Of a stretch of DNA of 64,000 nt, positions 37,377-46,801 are shown piece by piece. The stretch spans positions 416,001 to 480,000 of the forward strand of contig OZ252287.1 of assembly GCA_965250085.1 (NCBI GenBank), given 5' to 3'. Positions within the stretch are counted from its first letter, which is position 1; each line of letters starts with the position of its first letter. Under the pieces are notes generated by a model. It made no database searches, had not been told where the DNA came from, and saw only the letters and a list, made by a program, of their open reading frames with translations. Made by a program: the position numbers and the translations under genes. Source of the stretch: Candidatus Altimarinota bacterium (GTDB lineage: Bacteria > Patescibacteriota > Gracilibacteria > CAIRYL01).

Positions 37377-37862
37377 ATGCCTCAAGAGAATCCACAACCA
37401 TCAACAAGATCATCTTCAGATGACAATTCACAGGAAATCCCTGTCTTTCAGAATCCGGAACTGAATTTTAAAGTTATGTGTGCTTTAGAGAATATGGAAA
37501 ATCCAAAGGAAGGTTCTCTTCAGTATTACTTTATAATGTTTAAAACGCTTCGATATTCTTTTTTAGACGATCTCCCTGCCCAAAGAATTACCCCCAGTGA
37601 TCCTAATTATTATTTGTACAAGTGCAGAGGTAATTGGCTAGCCTGCTTGAGAGGGCACCTCGAAAATGCCATTGATTCAGATCGTATTTTTAATGACAGA
37701 TCAATAGTAGAAAGGATTGAAAAATTTATAGAACGTTTTTTAGGTAAAGGTGCTGATAACACAGTTGTTACTCGGCAAGAAATAAATGAGGTCAATCAAC
37801 TCTTAGATGAAGTAATTGCCTATCTTGAACCAAAACATAATCTGCTCCTACATAATTCGTAA
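37377..37862 (+). CDS. Hypothetical protein inserted inside the efflux operon
   Basis: 161-aa ORF between MFP and permease; Pro/Ser-rich N-terminus. Confidence 0.7.
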   Translation: MPQENPQPSTRSSSDDNSQEIPVFQNPELNFKVMCALENMENPKEGSLQYYFIMFKTLRYSFLDDLPAQRITPSDPNYYLYKCRGNWLACLRGHLENAIDSDRIFNDRSIVERIEKFIERFLGKGADNTVVTRQEINEVNQLLDEVIAYLEPKHNLLLHNS

Positions 37863-37885
37863 TTTTTCTATTCGTAATTGATTCC

Positions 37886-40800
37886 GTGTCTGATTCCAAT
37901 TCCTCATCACTGGTCAAAAAAATACCAAAGGGATTTTGGAGCTATTTTATCAAAAATATAAAAGTTGCATTCCTTGTAGGAGGAATCCTTATGATTTGGG
38001 GTATCCTTTCTGCCATATCAATCCCCAAAGAAAGCGCACCATATATCCCCTTCGGGATTGTAAATATTACTACGGTCTATAGCGGAGTTTCTGCTCCGGA
38101 AATTGACACCCTCATTACCCAAAAAATTGAAAATAAAATCAAAGCAGTATCGAATGTCAGTAAAATTGACTCTGTTTCCCGAAATAGTGTTTCCAGCATC
38201 ACTGTAGAATTTGAGCCGGATCATAATATGATCAAAGGAGTGAGTGATATTCGCAGTAAAGTGGATGAAGCGAAGCCAGAACTCCCAAGTGATATTGAAT
38301 CAGATCCATCGGTCTTAGAGATAGACAGTGCTATTGAGCCATTCTTTTCAATAATCCTCTATGGACCATATGATGTTGTGTCCCTCAGGGATTATGCCGA
38401 AAGACTCAAGCTTTTTTTGGAATCCGTACCCGATGTCGCTTCTGTAAGTATTAGTGGAGGAGCGGAGCGTGAGATTGCAGTAGAAGTGGACCCTCTCAAA
38501 CTTCAATCTTTTGGTCTCACTACAAATGATGTGGTTAATTCTATTAGAAGATCCCATATTGATACTCCTGTTGGCGGATTTGATATCGATGCTCTCGAAT
38601 ATAACATTAGATTTCAGGGCAAACATCGCTCTGCAGAAGATATCAAAAAAGTACATCTGAGAAATCTTGCTACCGGCGGTCGTGTATCAGTTGTACGAGT
38701 AGAAGATGTGGCAAACGTGATCGAGCAGGCAGATGAAGATACAGACTCCATAAGGCGCATTGGACTCCCCAAAGAAAATATATTTGAGAACTCTACAAAT
38801 CTGCAGGTGAGCAAGGGAATTGGGAAAAATATTTTTGTGGTTGATGCGGCGGTAAGGGAAAAAGTAAATGAATATACGACCAAAAATTTTCCTTCAGATT
38901 TACATATTACCTATGAGCTTGAGATTTCAAAGATTGCAGAAGATGATTTTGCAAAAGTGTTTCAAAGTGGCTTACAGGCGGTTGTAATTGTCTTGATTAT
39001 TCTTTTTATCTTTGTCGGATTCCGCGCTGGCATCATCGCTGCCCTCATCATCCCTCTCACATTTCTTACCACAATCGGACTCTTGTCCTATATGGGCAGT
39101 ACTCTCAACTTCATGACCAATTTTTCTATGATTCTCGCTCTGGGAATATTGGTAGATACCGCCGTTGTGATAGTAGAAGGCATACAACACCATATCCATA
39201 AAGGATATAAACCGAGGCAAGCAGCGATGATGTCTCTTCATGAATTTAAGTCTCCTCTTATTTCTGGAACACTCACGACACTTGCCGTGTTTATTCCTCT
39301 CTTTAGTCTCCCAGGGGTCTTGGGGAAATATCTCAGCTTTATTCCCATCACTGTTTTCTTGGTACTGACTTCTTCTCTGTTTATTTCACTGCTTCTGATT
39401 ACCGCTTATGGAGGAAAATTTATGCTTTCGCGCGGACAAATTGAACGTCGAAAACAAAGATGTACGCGCTTTGCTGAAATAGGACATCGATTTCGAGAAA
39501 AGTTTACCGCAAGAGAAAACACTGTTTTACAAAAATATGGAGACTTTGTTCAAAAGATTCTTTCTAAAAGGAGATATCGTATTGGAATATTTTACGGAGC
39601 TCTCATCCTATTTGTTCTCTCTATTTTTATTCCCGTAAAATTTGAACTGTTCCCTTCCGGAGATGCTTTTTCATTTAGCGTCACTCTTGAACGCCCAGAG
39701 GGGACATTGACCGAAGAAACCGATGCGCATATGCGTCCATTAGAAGAGGCGTTGATGAAAATACCAGAGGTGCGACACATCTCCACGACCGTAAATGGCA
39801 AACAAGCGAGCTCTTATGTAGAGCTCCTCCCCGTAAATGAGAGAAAAAAGTTGAAACTCAGACCCAGTAAAGAGATTGTAGATAACATTCAGATCGATTT
39901 TAAAAAACGATTTGCCGATCCTACCGGTTCTAATGTGCGTGTTGCCAATGCACAAAATGGGCCTCCTTCAGAATTTCCTGTTGCCTTTCGAGTGATTGCA
40001 ACTGAGAGTGACAAAATCCAGTCAGCAGAAACAGTTGCTGAAGAACTCACAGAACTTCTGAGAGATATCCCCGGAACTTTTGGAGTCAAGAGTGATATTG
40101 AGCAGATCCCCGGAGAGTTTCTCTATCGAGTGAATAGAGAAAAAGCACTTGCTCTCTCCCTTGATCCTGACAATGTGGCAAATGTGGTGCGTACTGCCCT
40201 GAAAGGAAGTACTGCTGCTACCATCACGAGAGATGGGAGAGATATTGATATTGTAGTGAGATACCACAAAAAAAGTCGTGATGACATACGAGAAGTAGGA
40301 AATATCAAAATCTTAAATCAAAATGGTGAATATATTCTTTTGAAGCAAGTAGTAGATGAAACACTTACTTCAAGCCTCAGTAGTATTCGCCGTCGAGATA
40401 CGCGTATTGCTTTTACCGTTTCCAGTCTTTTGACAGAAAATGGAAATGCTGCAGAAATTTCTACTGCTTTTTTACAAGAGTTAGAAAACTATCCACTCCC
40501 TGACGGAGTAGAGGTCCTCAATGCTGGAGAGAATGAGGAAAATGCTGCTTTATTTGCCGCTCTTCTCAGGGCATTTGTCCTCTCGGTATTGATCATGTTT
40601 TTGATTTTAGTAATTCAATTTAACTCATATCTGCAACCATTGATCATTCTCACTACTATTATCTTTGCTCAGATTGGGGTCAGTATCGGACTCTTTTTGA
40701 CCGGCACTCCACGCTCACTTGCATACATTCTTGGTGCCATCAGTTTAGCGGGAATTGTAGTGAATGATGCGATCATTATGGTAGATCAGATGAATAAAAA

Positions 40801-41194
40801 TCGAGACAGAGACAAAGGAAGCTCTTTGCCATTGAGCCAATCAATTGCAACCGCTGGAAGATCCCGATTTATTCCAGTGATCCTCACCACACTTACTACC
40901 AGTGCAGGGATTCTTCCCCTCGTTTTTGTAGATGTATTTTGGGCAGGCCTCAGCTATACCGTCATCTTTGGACTCATGATGGCAACACTTCTCACTCTTT
41001 TTGTGACTCCTGCTATGTACTACCAGATGGAACGGGAAAAGACCCTCACCTTTGTTCCTCTCCTCGCTCTTATAAGTCTGATCCTCACTCTCGTTGCACC
41101 CGGCTGGATAGCAAAAATCTTCTTCCTCGTGCTTACCATTTTCTTCGTGCGAGTAATTTGGAAGAAATATCAAACAAGTAAAGTTCTTGTGTAA
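37886..41194 (+). CDS. RND efflux transporter permease (AcrB/AcrD/AcrF family)
   Basis: LALGILVDTAVVIVE, QFNSYLQPLII, GIVVNDAIIMVD, RFIPVILTTLTT; 12-TM pattern. Confidence 0.95.
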   Translation: MSDSNSSSLVKKIPKGFWSYFIKNIKVAFLVGGILMIWGILSAISIPKESAPYIPFGIVNITTVYSGVSAPEIDTLITQKIENKIKAVSNVSKIDSVSRNSVSSITVEFEPDHNMIKGVSDIRSKVDEAKPELPSDIESDPSVLEIDSAIEPFFSIILYGPYDVVSLRDYAERLKLFLESVPDVASVSISGGAEREIAVEVDPLKLQSFGLTTNDVVNSIRRSHIDTPVGGFDIDALEYNIRFQGKHRSAEDIKKVHLRNLATGGRVSVVRVEDVANVIEQADEDTDSIRRIGLPKENIFENSTNLQVSKGIGKNIFVVDAAVREKVNEYTTKNFPSDLHITYELEISKIAEDDFAKVFQSGLQAVVIVLIILFIFVGFRAGIIAALIIPLTFLTTIGLLSYMGSTLNFMTNFSMILALGILVDTAVVIVEGIQHHIHKGYKPRQAAMMSLHEFKSPLISGTLTTLAVFIPLFSLPGVLGKYLSFIPITVFLVLTSSLFISLLLITAYGGKFMLSRGQIERRKQRCTRFAEIGHRFREKFTARENTVLQKYGDFVQKILSKRRYRIGIFYGALILFVLSIFIPVKFELFPSGDAFSFSVTLERPEGTLTEETDAHMRPLEEALMKIPEVRHISTTVNGKQASSYVELLPVNERKKLKLRPSKEIVDNIQIDFKKRFADPTGSNVRVANAQNGPPSEFPVAFRVIATESDKIQSAETVAEELTELLRDIPGTFGVKSDIEQIPGEFLYRVNREKALALSLDPDNVANVVRTALKGSTAATITRDGRDIDIVVRYHKKSRDDIREVGNIKILNQNGEYILLKQVVDETLTSSLSSIRRRDTRIAFTVSSLLTENGNAAEISTAFLQELENYPLPDGVEVLNAGENEENAALFAALLRAFVLSVLIMFLILVIQFNSYLQPLIILTTIIFAQIGVSIGLFLTGTPRSLAYILGAISLAGIVVNDAIIMVDQMNKNRDRDKGSSLPLSQSIATAGRSRFIPVILTTLTTSAGILPLVFVDVFWAGLSYTVIFGLMMATLLTLFVTPAMYYQMEREKTLTFVPLLALISLILTLVAPGWIAKIFFLVLTIFFVRVIWKKYQTSKVLV

Positions 41195-41205
41195 TGTGCG
41201 TATTT

Positions 41206-42507
41206 CTATATCTCAAAATCCCCTCTAAGATTTAGATATTTTCTCGTTACTTCATCTTCTTCCCGCCCTTTTTCCCACTCGGATTTGAGGAGTTCCATGT
41301 TGGAGAGATCATAGAGCTTGTTCTTTTTCTTGACCTCTTTCTTCGCTTCTCCCACTGTTTGAAATCCACATCGCTCATACATCCTGAGGGCTGCTATGTT
41401 CTCTTTGAAAACTTGGAGTGAGATTTTTTGAAATCCCAATATACCAAACCCAATAGAGAGAAGCTCTCGTACTATTTCAGTTCCATAGCCTTGTCCCCAG
41501 AGTTGTTTCTCTCCCAAACAAATAGCAAGATCCCCCACGTGAGAATGTACATCGCAAGATTTTGCTTTTACACTTGCGGTTCCAATAGGTTCTCTGGTAT
41601 TCCTATCAGACACTGTAAAATACAGACCATCAAACGATGTTTTTCTTTTTTCAAAATAATTCTCAGCATCCTCGGAAGTATAGGGAGTCTCAAGGCACAA
41701 ATACTGCACTATCTCTTCATCGTTAAACCATTGCATCCAGTGTTCCAAATCCGACTCTACATAGGTGCGAAGAAGTGTCATTCGTGATTTCCATGGTTTT
41801 GCAGGACTGAAGTATATTTCACGAATCAGAAATATTTCTTTCTCTCTATCGGTAAATCCGCGAAGGTGCTTTTTTCGCCACTTTTCAATCTCGGCATGAT
41901 TCCCGGAAAGAAGTATTTTTGGTACTTTCATTCCTTCAAATTCTTCCGGACGAGTATATTGAGGATGCTCAAGCCGTCCTCCAAATTCGTCAGAAAAACT
42001 TTCTGTTTGGGTGCTTTCATCATTTCCCAGTGCACCTGGGAGAAGCCGTGTGATCGAATCGACAAAAGCCATTGCAGGAATTTCTCCTCCCGTAAGGACA
42101 AAATCCCCTAGGGAAATTTCTTCATCGACAAACATTTCACGTACTCGCTCATCTACTCCCTCATAGTGACCACAGAGAAGAATCAGTGGTGTTTTCTGCT
42201 CAGCAAATTCATGGCATTTTTTTTGGGTGAGTGGCTCACCTTGAGGAGTAAAAAATACAATTTTTGCTTCCGGCATCTGATCCTTTGCCCACCTGAGTGC
42301 ATCAGCAAGGATATCTGGCTTCATTACCATGCCCGCACCTCCTCCATAAGGCACGTCGTCCACCTGCTTATGTTTTCCTGTTCCAAAATCACGAATATTC
42401 TTACTCTGTACAGAAATAATATCTTTTTCTTGTGCGCGCTGAAGAATACTCTCTGAGAGTGGTCCCTCAAACATTTCGGGAAAAAGAGTAAGCAAAAGGA
42501 ATTTCAT
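41206..42507 (-). CDS. trmD: tRNA (guanine37-N1)-methyltransferase fused to a RimJ/RimL-type GNAT acetyltransferase
   Basis: [50 protein letters not shown]; then WGQGYGTE...[15 protein letters not shown]. Confidence 0.95.
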   Translation of the reverse strand: MKFLLLTLFPEMFEGPLSESILQRAQEKDIISVQSKNIRDFGTGKHKQVDDVPYGGGAGMVMKPDILADALRWAKDQMPEAKIVFFTPQGEPLTQKKCHEFAEQKTPLILLCGHYEGVDERVREMFVDEEISLGDFVLTGGEIPAMAFVDSITRLLPGALGNDESTQTESFSDEFGGRLEHPQYTRPEEFEGMKVPKILLSGNHAEIEKWRKKHLRGFTDREKEIFLIREIYFSPAKPWKSRMTLLRTYVESDLEHWMQWFNDEEIVQYLCLETPYTSEDAENYFEKRKTSFDGLYFTVSDRNTREPIGTASVKAKSCDVHSHVGDLAICLGEKQLWGQGYGTEIVRELLSIGFGILGFQKISLQVFKENIAALRMYERCGFQTVGEAKKEVKKKNKLYDLSNMELLKSEWEKGREEDEVTRKYLNLRGDFEI

Positions 42508-42509
42508 AA

Positions 42510-42925
42510 GAAAATTTTTGAATTTTTAATTTTATAATTTTTAAATAAATTCTAAATCTTAATTTTTAAACAACAATCATTAACTCGAATTTTTCTTTAT
42601 TTTAGCAAAAATAAGGGTAAGTTCGTGTGCTTCTTTCCACAATTTTCTGCATTTCGTTCGCTTCTTTGGTGCAAATTGATATTTTATTCCGAAAATCCTT
42701 CTTAGAACTTGCTTGATTGGCTTCCATATAATTTGCTCTAATACTTGTTGCAGAGCGAATCAACTGTCGAATTATTGGTTTTGTAATCTCGTTTTGATCT
42801 AACTCTTTCAGAAATATAATTACTGATTCTCCAAATTTTTCCGTTCTTTCTTCCAAGTCATATTCCATTGAGAACATTAAAAATTATAATTTATTTATAA
42901 AATTAAAAATTAGAAATTTAAAATT
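42510..42925. mobile_element. Four-helix-bundle cassette with AT-rich inverted heptamer arms (decayed)
   Basis: Arms 42510-42570 and 42878-42925 are imperfect reverse complements (core AAATAAATT/AATTTATTT) enclosing the pseudogene; mobility itself is inferred. Confidence 0.55.
42580..42877 (-). pseudogene. Four-helix-bundle protein pseudogene
   Basis: DLEERTEKF...QLIRSATSIRANYMEA...SKKDF..KISIC.KEANE; internal deletion with frameshift, and the C-terminus CRKLWKEAHELTLIFAKIKKNSS* is in another frame; conserved SIGANY Gly is Arg. Confidence 0.85.
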
Positions 42926-45620
42926 ACTCTGTAAGTACCATGACCACATACAAGGTACCATCTGGAGCTACAAAAAATCCAATCCCGATATTCGTATATT
43001 TTTCTCGGAACAAAGCTGATGTATCCTCTTTGTACGAAAGCGAATCAAGTAATCTTTGAAAAGAACTTTCCGTATATAAAATTGAATCGACTGAGGCATT
43101 TTTTCGTTCTTGAATGAGAATGGCTGTTTCAAAAAAATCCTGCCCATCAGGTGCTTCATATCCAAAAAATCCCTCATCTGCCATTTTTTGGGCCCACTCC
43201 TGTGAAGCTTCGCTTAAATGGGCATCCAAGTTGAGTGCACCCTCTCTCTGGCTATTCAGAACAGACACCATTTGATTCTGGTACTCAGCAATAGAATCGT
43301 TAGAAAGCGCGTCCTCTGCAAAAAGCTGTGTGACTAAAATTGATCCTGATTCATCTCTTGCAATTCCAAATCCAGCTCTTGTGACATCAGGGTTCAAAAT
43401 ATTCTGTCGGTGAATAGCACTTCTCATGAGTCCATGATGAGCCAAGGAGTAATTTATATCGGCTGCAATGTTTTCGAGCACGCTCGCGCCAATGTCAAAA
43501 CGAGAGACAAAATCACTTGCCCCCTTCCCCTCTGGAGAAATGTGAGAAAAATATTTGTTTTCAGCCATATCATCGGATCTCAGCTGCGCAAGATCATTCA
43601 TATTGTCGTGAAGCATAAGCTTTGAAAGACCTTGTTTTTCCCGAACAATATTTATGAGCCGAAGGAGTTTAAGCCGGTCACGCTTCAGATTAATTTCCGT
43701 CACATACTCCTGCTCATGGCGGGGATTGATGTCAAAATAATCCGGCAGCAGTGGTGCGAGTCCTTCGTAATATACCGGTGCATTGAGAAGTGCAAATCCT
43801 TCTTTGGAATTGATCTCCACAATATGTGTTCCTATTTGTTCGGGAGTGAAGCGAAAAGTAAATGTTTGCCCTTTCGTAATCAGTGGCACAGTAACAGCTT
43901 CTCCATTCGGAAGAATAATCGCACCATCTTCTCGTATTTCACCATTAAAATTTCCAGAAAAAACAATATCATTCCCAAGAGAAAATGTGGACGGCAATGT
44001 GTGGGATTTTATTTTTCCCTTATCTCCTTCAAAAAATTGATGTCCTGTGAGTAAAAGATCCAATTTGACTGGAGGAGAAAATGCTCGAGAAGGATCTATA
44101 GAAAAATTTGATGAAAGGTCCACAGCAGAAATCCTCACCTCTGCTTTTCCGGTATGAAAAACCTCAAAAACTTGAGGTGGAAGCGTAAATTCTTCAGTTC
44201 CGTTTATAAAAAACTCAAGACTCTTCTCTTCTTGTGAAAATAAAACCCGAAAGAGTTCTGCTCCCATTCCATTCCACTGCAAGACATATGCACCATCACG
44301 AAAAGTGCCTCGCAAATTTTGCACTGAAGAGGAAATTTCTGTATTCCCCAAAAGACACGGAGCATCAACAATTTCAATAGGATAGACGGTGCTTCTCCCG
44401 CTGCGACCAGTAACTATTCCTATTTCAAACGAACCTTCATTTAGAAACGGGAGAGAGAGCATAAAATTACCATTCACTACTGGCACAGAGAAAACCCTTT
44501 GCTTTTCCTCTTCACTCCAAAAAACTGTAACAATATCTGTATTCTGGGCAGTCCCTTCAAGAAAAAATATTTCATTTTTCCGAAACAAAGTAGGGAGTGA
44601 CTCACTCAAAGTGATACCCTCAAATGCGGTAGCGGGTATTACTTTGCGTGCAGAAGGAAAAGAGCAAAGAGTCTCGAATGCTCCTGACTGAATACTGCTA
44701 TCTATTTGCTGTATTTCACCTCTGAGGAGCCCTCGCGACGGAGGCTCAAGGACAGAAAATGCCGCTTTACTGAGATCCAGATTTCGATAAGCCACATATG
44801 GACCCCTGTCATTTACTTCCACTACGGTAGATTTTCCTGAAGAGAATGAAGTGACTAAGAGTTTGGTTCCAAATGGGAGTGTGCGATGCGCAGCGGTAAA
44901 CTTGGCGTTATCAAATCTATCTCCGCTGGAAGTTGTGCGTCCATTAAAAGAATCTCCATAATAACTCATCACCCCTATCGGATAAGAATAGGTTTGTGCT
45001 CCATCTTGAAATCGATGCATGATCTCTACGAGTTCTCCTCTGCTGAGTGCTTTGCCAGGATTTACTTCAGAAGAAAACAGAATTGATTTCTTTTTTGCTT
45101 GATCATAATATGGCGCAAACCATTCATATCGAGAAACATTTTCGAATGGGCTAGAAGAAAGTGTGCTCTTTACTGGAATTTCATTGGTGAGAAACACCAT
45201 TTTGAGTGCCTCAGCTTGATTGATGGTCCGCATCGGCTCAAATCTTCCTTCCGCAGTTCCATCAATGATCCCTCGATTTTTTCCCTCTCGTACAAATGTA
45301 CTGAACCACTCTTGCGTAGGTACGTCTGGAAATATCTCTCTGAGCGGTGGCTCTGGTTCAGGAATATTTGATCCCAGCAGAATAATTTTGAGGCTTTCGG
45401 CCCGATTGACCGCTTTGTCTGCTTGAAATGTGTTATCCCCAAATCCATTGACCACTCCATGATTCCTGAGGGCTGTAACGGCTTCAAAATGCGGATGAGA
45501 TGGCCCAATATCTAGGAAAAGATTGTCCTCTGCAAACGCAGTGGCAAGACTCAAAACAATACTGAGTACAAATATGAGGAAAAAATACCTCTTGATATGT
45601 TGAAAGTTTTTAAAGCTCAT
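42924..45620 (-). CDS. SLH + RlpA (DPBB lytic transglycosylase-like) + beta-sandwich + two CAP domains
   Basis: SLH repeats; SYYGDSFNGRTTSSGDRFD...TAAHRTLPFGT...VNDRGPY...LDLSKAAF; CAP motifs DMAENKYFSH, ENIA, MRSAIHRQNIL. Confidence 0.88.
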   Translation of the reverse strand: MSFKNFQHIKRYFFLIFVLSIVLSLATAFAEDNLFLDIGPSHPHFEAVTALRNHGVVNGFGDNTFQADKAVNRAESLKIILLGSNIPEPEPPLREIFPDVPTQEWFSTFVREGKNRGIIDGTAEGRFEPMRTINQAEALKMVFLTNEIPVKSTLSSSPFENVSRYEWFAPYYDQAKKKSILFSSEVNPGKALSRGELVEIMHRFQDGAQTYSYPIGVMSYYGDSFNGRTTSSGDRFDNAKFTAAHRTLPFGTKLLVTSFSSGKSTVVEVNDRGPYVAYRNLDLSKAAFSVLEPPSRGLLRGEIQQIDSSIQSGAFETLCSFPSARKVIPATAFEGITLSESLPTLFRKNEIFFLEGTAQNTDIVTVFWSEEEKQRVFSVPVVNGNFMLSLPFLNEGSFEIGIVTGRSGRSTVYPIEIVDAPCLLGNTEISSSVQNLRGTFRDGAYVLQWNGMGAELFRVLFSQEEKSLEFFINGTEEFTLPPQVFEVFHTGKAEVRISAVDLSSNFSIDPSRAFSPPVKLDLLLTGHQFFEGDKGKIKSHTLPSTFSLGNDIVFSGNFNGEIREDGAIILPNGEAVTVPLITKGQTFTFRFTPEQIGTHIVEINSKEGFALLNAPVYYEGLAPLLPDYFDINPRHEQEYVTEINLKRDRLKLLRLINIVREKQGLSKLMLHDNMNDLAQLRSDDMAENKYFSHISPEGKGASDFVSRFDIGASVLENIAADINYSLAHHGLMRSAIHRQNILNPDVTRAGFGIARDESGSILVTQLFAEDALSNDSIAEYQNQMVSVLNSQREGALNLDAHLSEASQEWAQKMADEGFFGYEAPDGQDFFETAILIQERKNASVDSILYTESSFQRLLDSLSYKEDTSALFREKYTNIGIGFFVAPDGTLYVVMVLTE

Positions 45621-45776
45621 AAAGTTGTAAAGTTTTTTTCAAAATCCAAAACTTGCGAAATCCTAGCAAATTTACACAGTAAAATCGAGTGATCGTAGAT
45701 CATAAAATGCGAAACATGTATCATATCTCTCGAACTTTGTCTCAATTCGTAATTCGTCATTTGTAATTCGCAATCT

Positions 45777-46379
45777 ATGTCTCTTCCTCCAAACATTGAA
45801 ACTCTTATCGAAGAATTTGCCCGTCTCCCAGGGGTTGGTCCTAAAACTGCTCAACGATTTGTGTTTTTTCTCCTGAAGAAAGAAGAGCATGAAAGAAGCC
45901 AAATGGCACATGCACTTTTTGATCTCACCAAAGGACTCAAACTCTGTAGCAAGTGCTACTATTTTGCTGACGATCTCCTCTGTGAAATCTGTAAAAATCA
46001 AAAAAGAGACATTCACACTCTTTGTGTCGTAGAAGACGCACTGGATGTCATCTCTATAGAAAAATCTGGTGCTTTTCGCGGAAAATACCATCTTTTGGGA
46101 GGACTTATCTCTCCTCTTGATGGTATTGGTCCGGAGAAACTCAAGATAGCGGAACTAAAAAAGAGGATTGATTCATCACATGGGGAAATAACAGAAGTCA
46201 TTCTTGCAACAAACCCCACGATAGAAGGAGAGGCTACTGCTACATATATTTGGAAAATGTTTGAATCTATGAATATTAAAATATCACGTATTGCCCGAGG
46301 ACTTCCCGTAGGAGGAGATCTGGAGTATACCGATGAAGTCACACTTGCCAGAGCCATTGAAAGCAGAATAGACTTTTAG
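45777..46379 (+). CDS. recR: Recombination mediator RecR
   Basis: LPGVGPKTAQR, C4 Zn finger, LGGLISPLDGIGP, ILATNPTIEGEATA, GLPVGGDLEY. Confidence 0.98.
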   Translation: MSLPPNIETLIEEFARLPGVGPKTAQRFVFFLLKKEEHERSQMAHALFDLTKGLKLCSKCYYFADDLLCEICKNQKRDIHTLCVVEDALDVISIEKSGAFRGKYHLLGGLISPLDGIGPEKLKIAELKKRIDSSHGEITEVILATNPTIEGEATATYIWKMFESMNIKISRIARGLPVGGDLEYTDEVTLARAIESRIDF

Positions 46380-46382
46380 GAA

Positions 46383-46495
46383 AATTTCTAATTCCTAATA
46401 TCTAATAAAATCCTAATGACAAATGTATAAAACTTAAAATCTTTATATTTAGAAATTAGAGCAATGAGACATTAGAAATTTGAGAATGAAATCAT
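46383..46495. repeat. Empty inverted heptamer array (CTAAT/ATTAG subfamily)
   Basis: tttctaattcctaatatctaataaaatcctaat ... ttagaaattagagcaatgagacattagaaa. Confidence 0.55.
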
Positions 46496-46801
46496 GAAGA
46501 TTGCAAAAAGATATTATAAAATATAAATTTAAGTATTGTAATTTCCTTTCTTCTTAATTTATGAGATAATAGACTTAGAAAAGGTCTTTAAAAAAAGAAT
46601 AATTTTTTGAACCAAGAACTCAATATCTCTGAGAATATGAAACCAATTTTTGATACTTTCCACACCACCTTCTATTTTCCTTTGTTACTTGGACCTCCAG
46701 TAGGATCACTTGCTCTCGCAATATCCTCCGTGAGGGAATAAGAAACTTTTTTTCAAATATTTTTTCCAAGATTTTTACATTATTTTTAAGCAACACATTA
46801 T

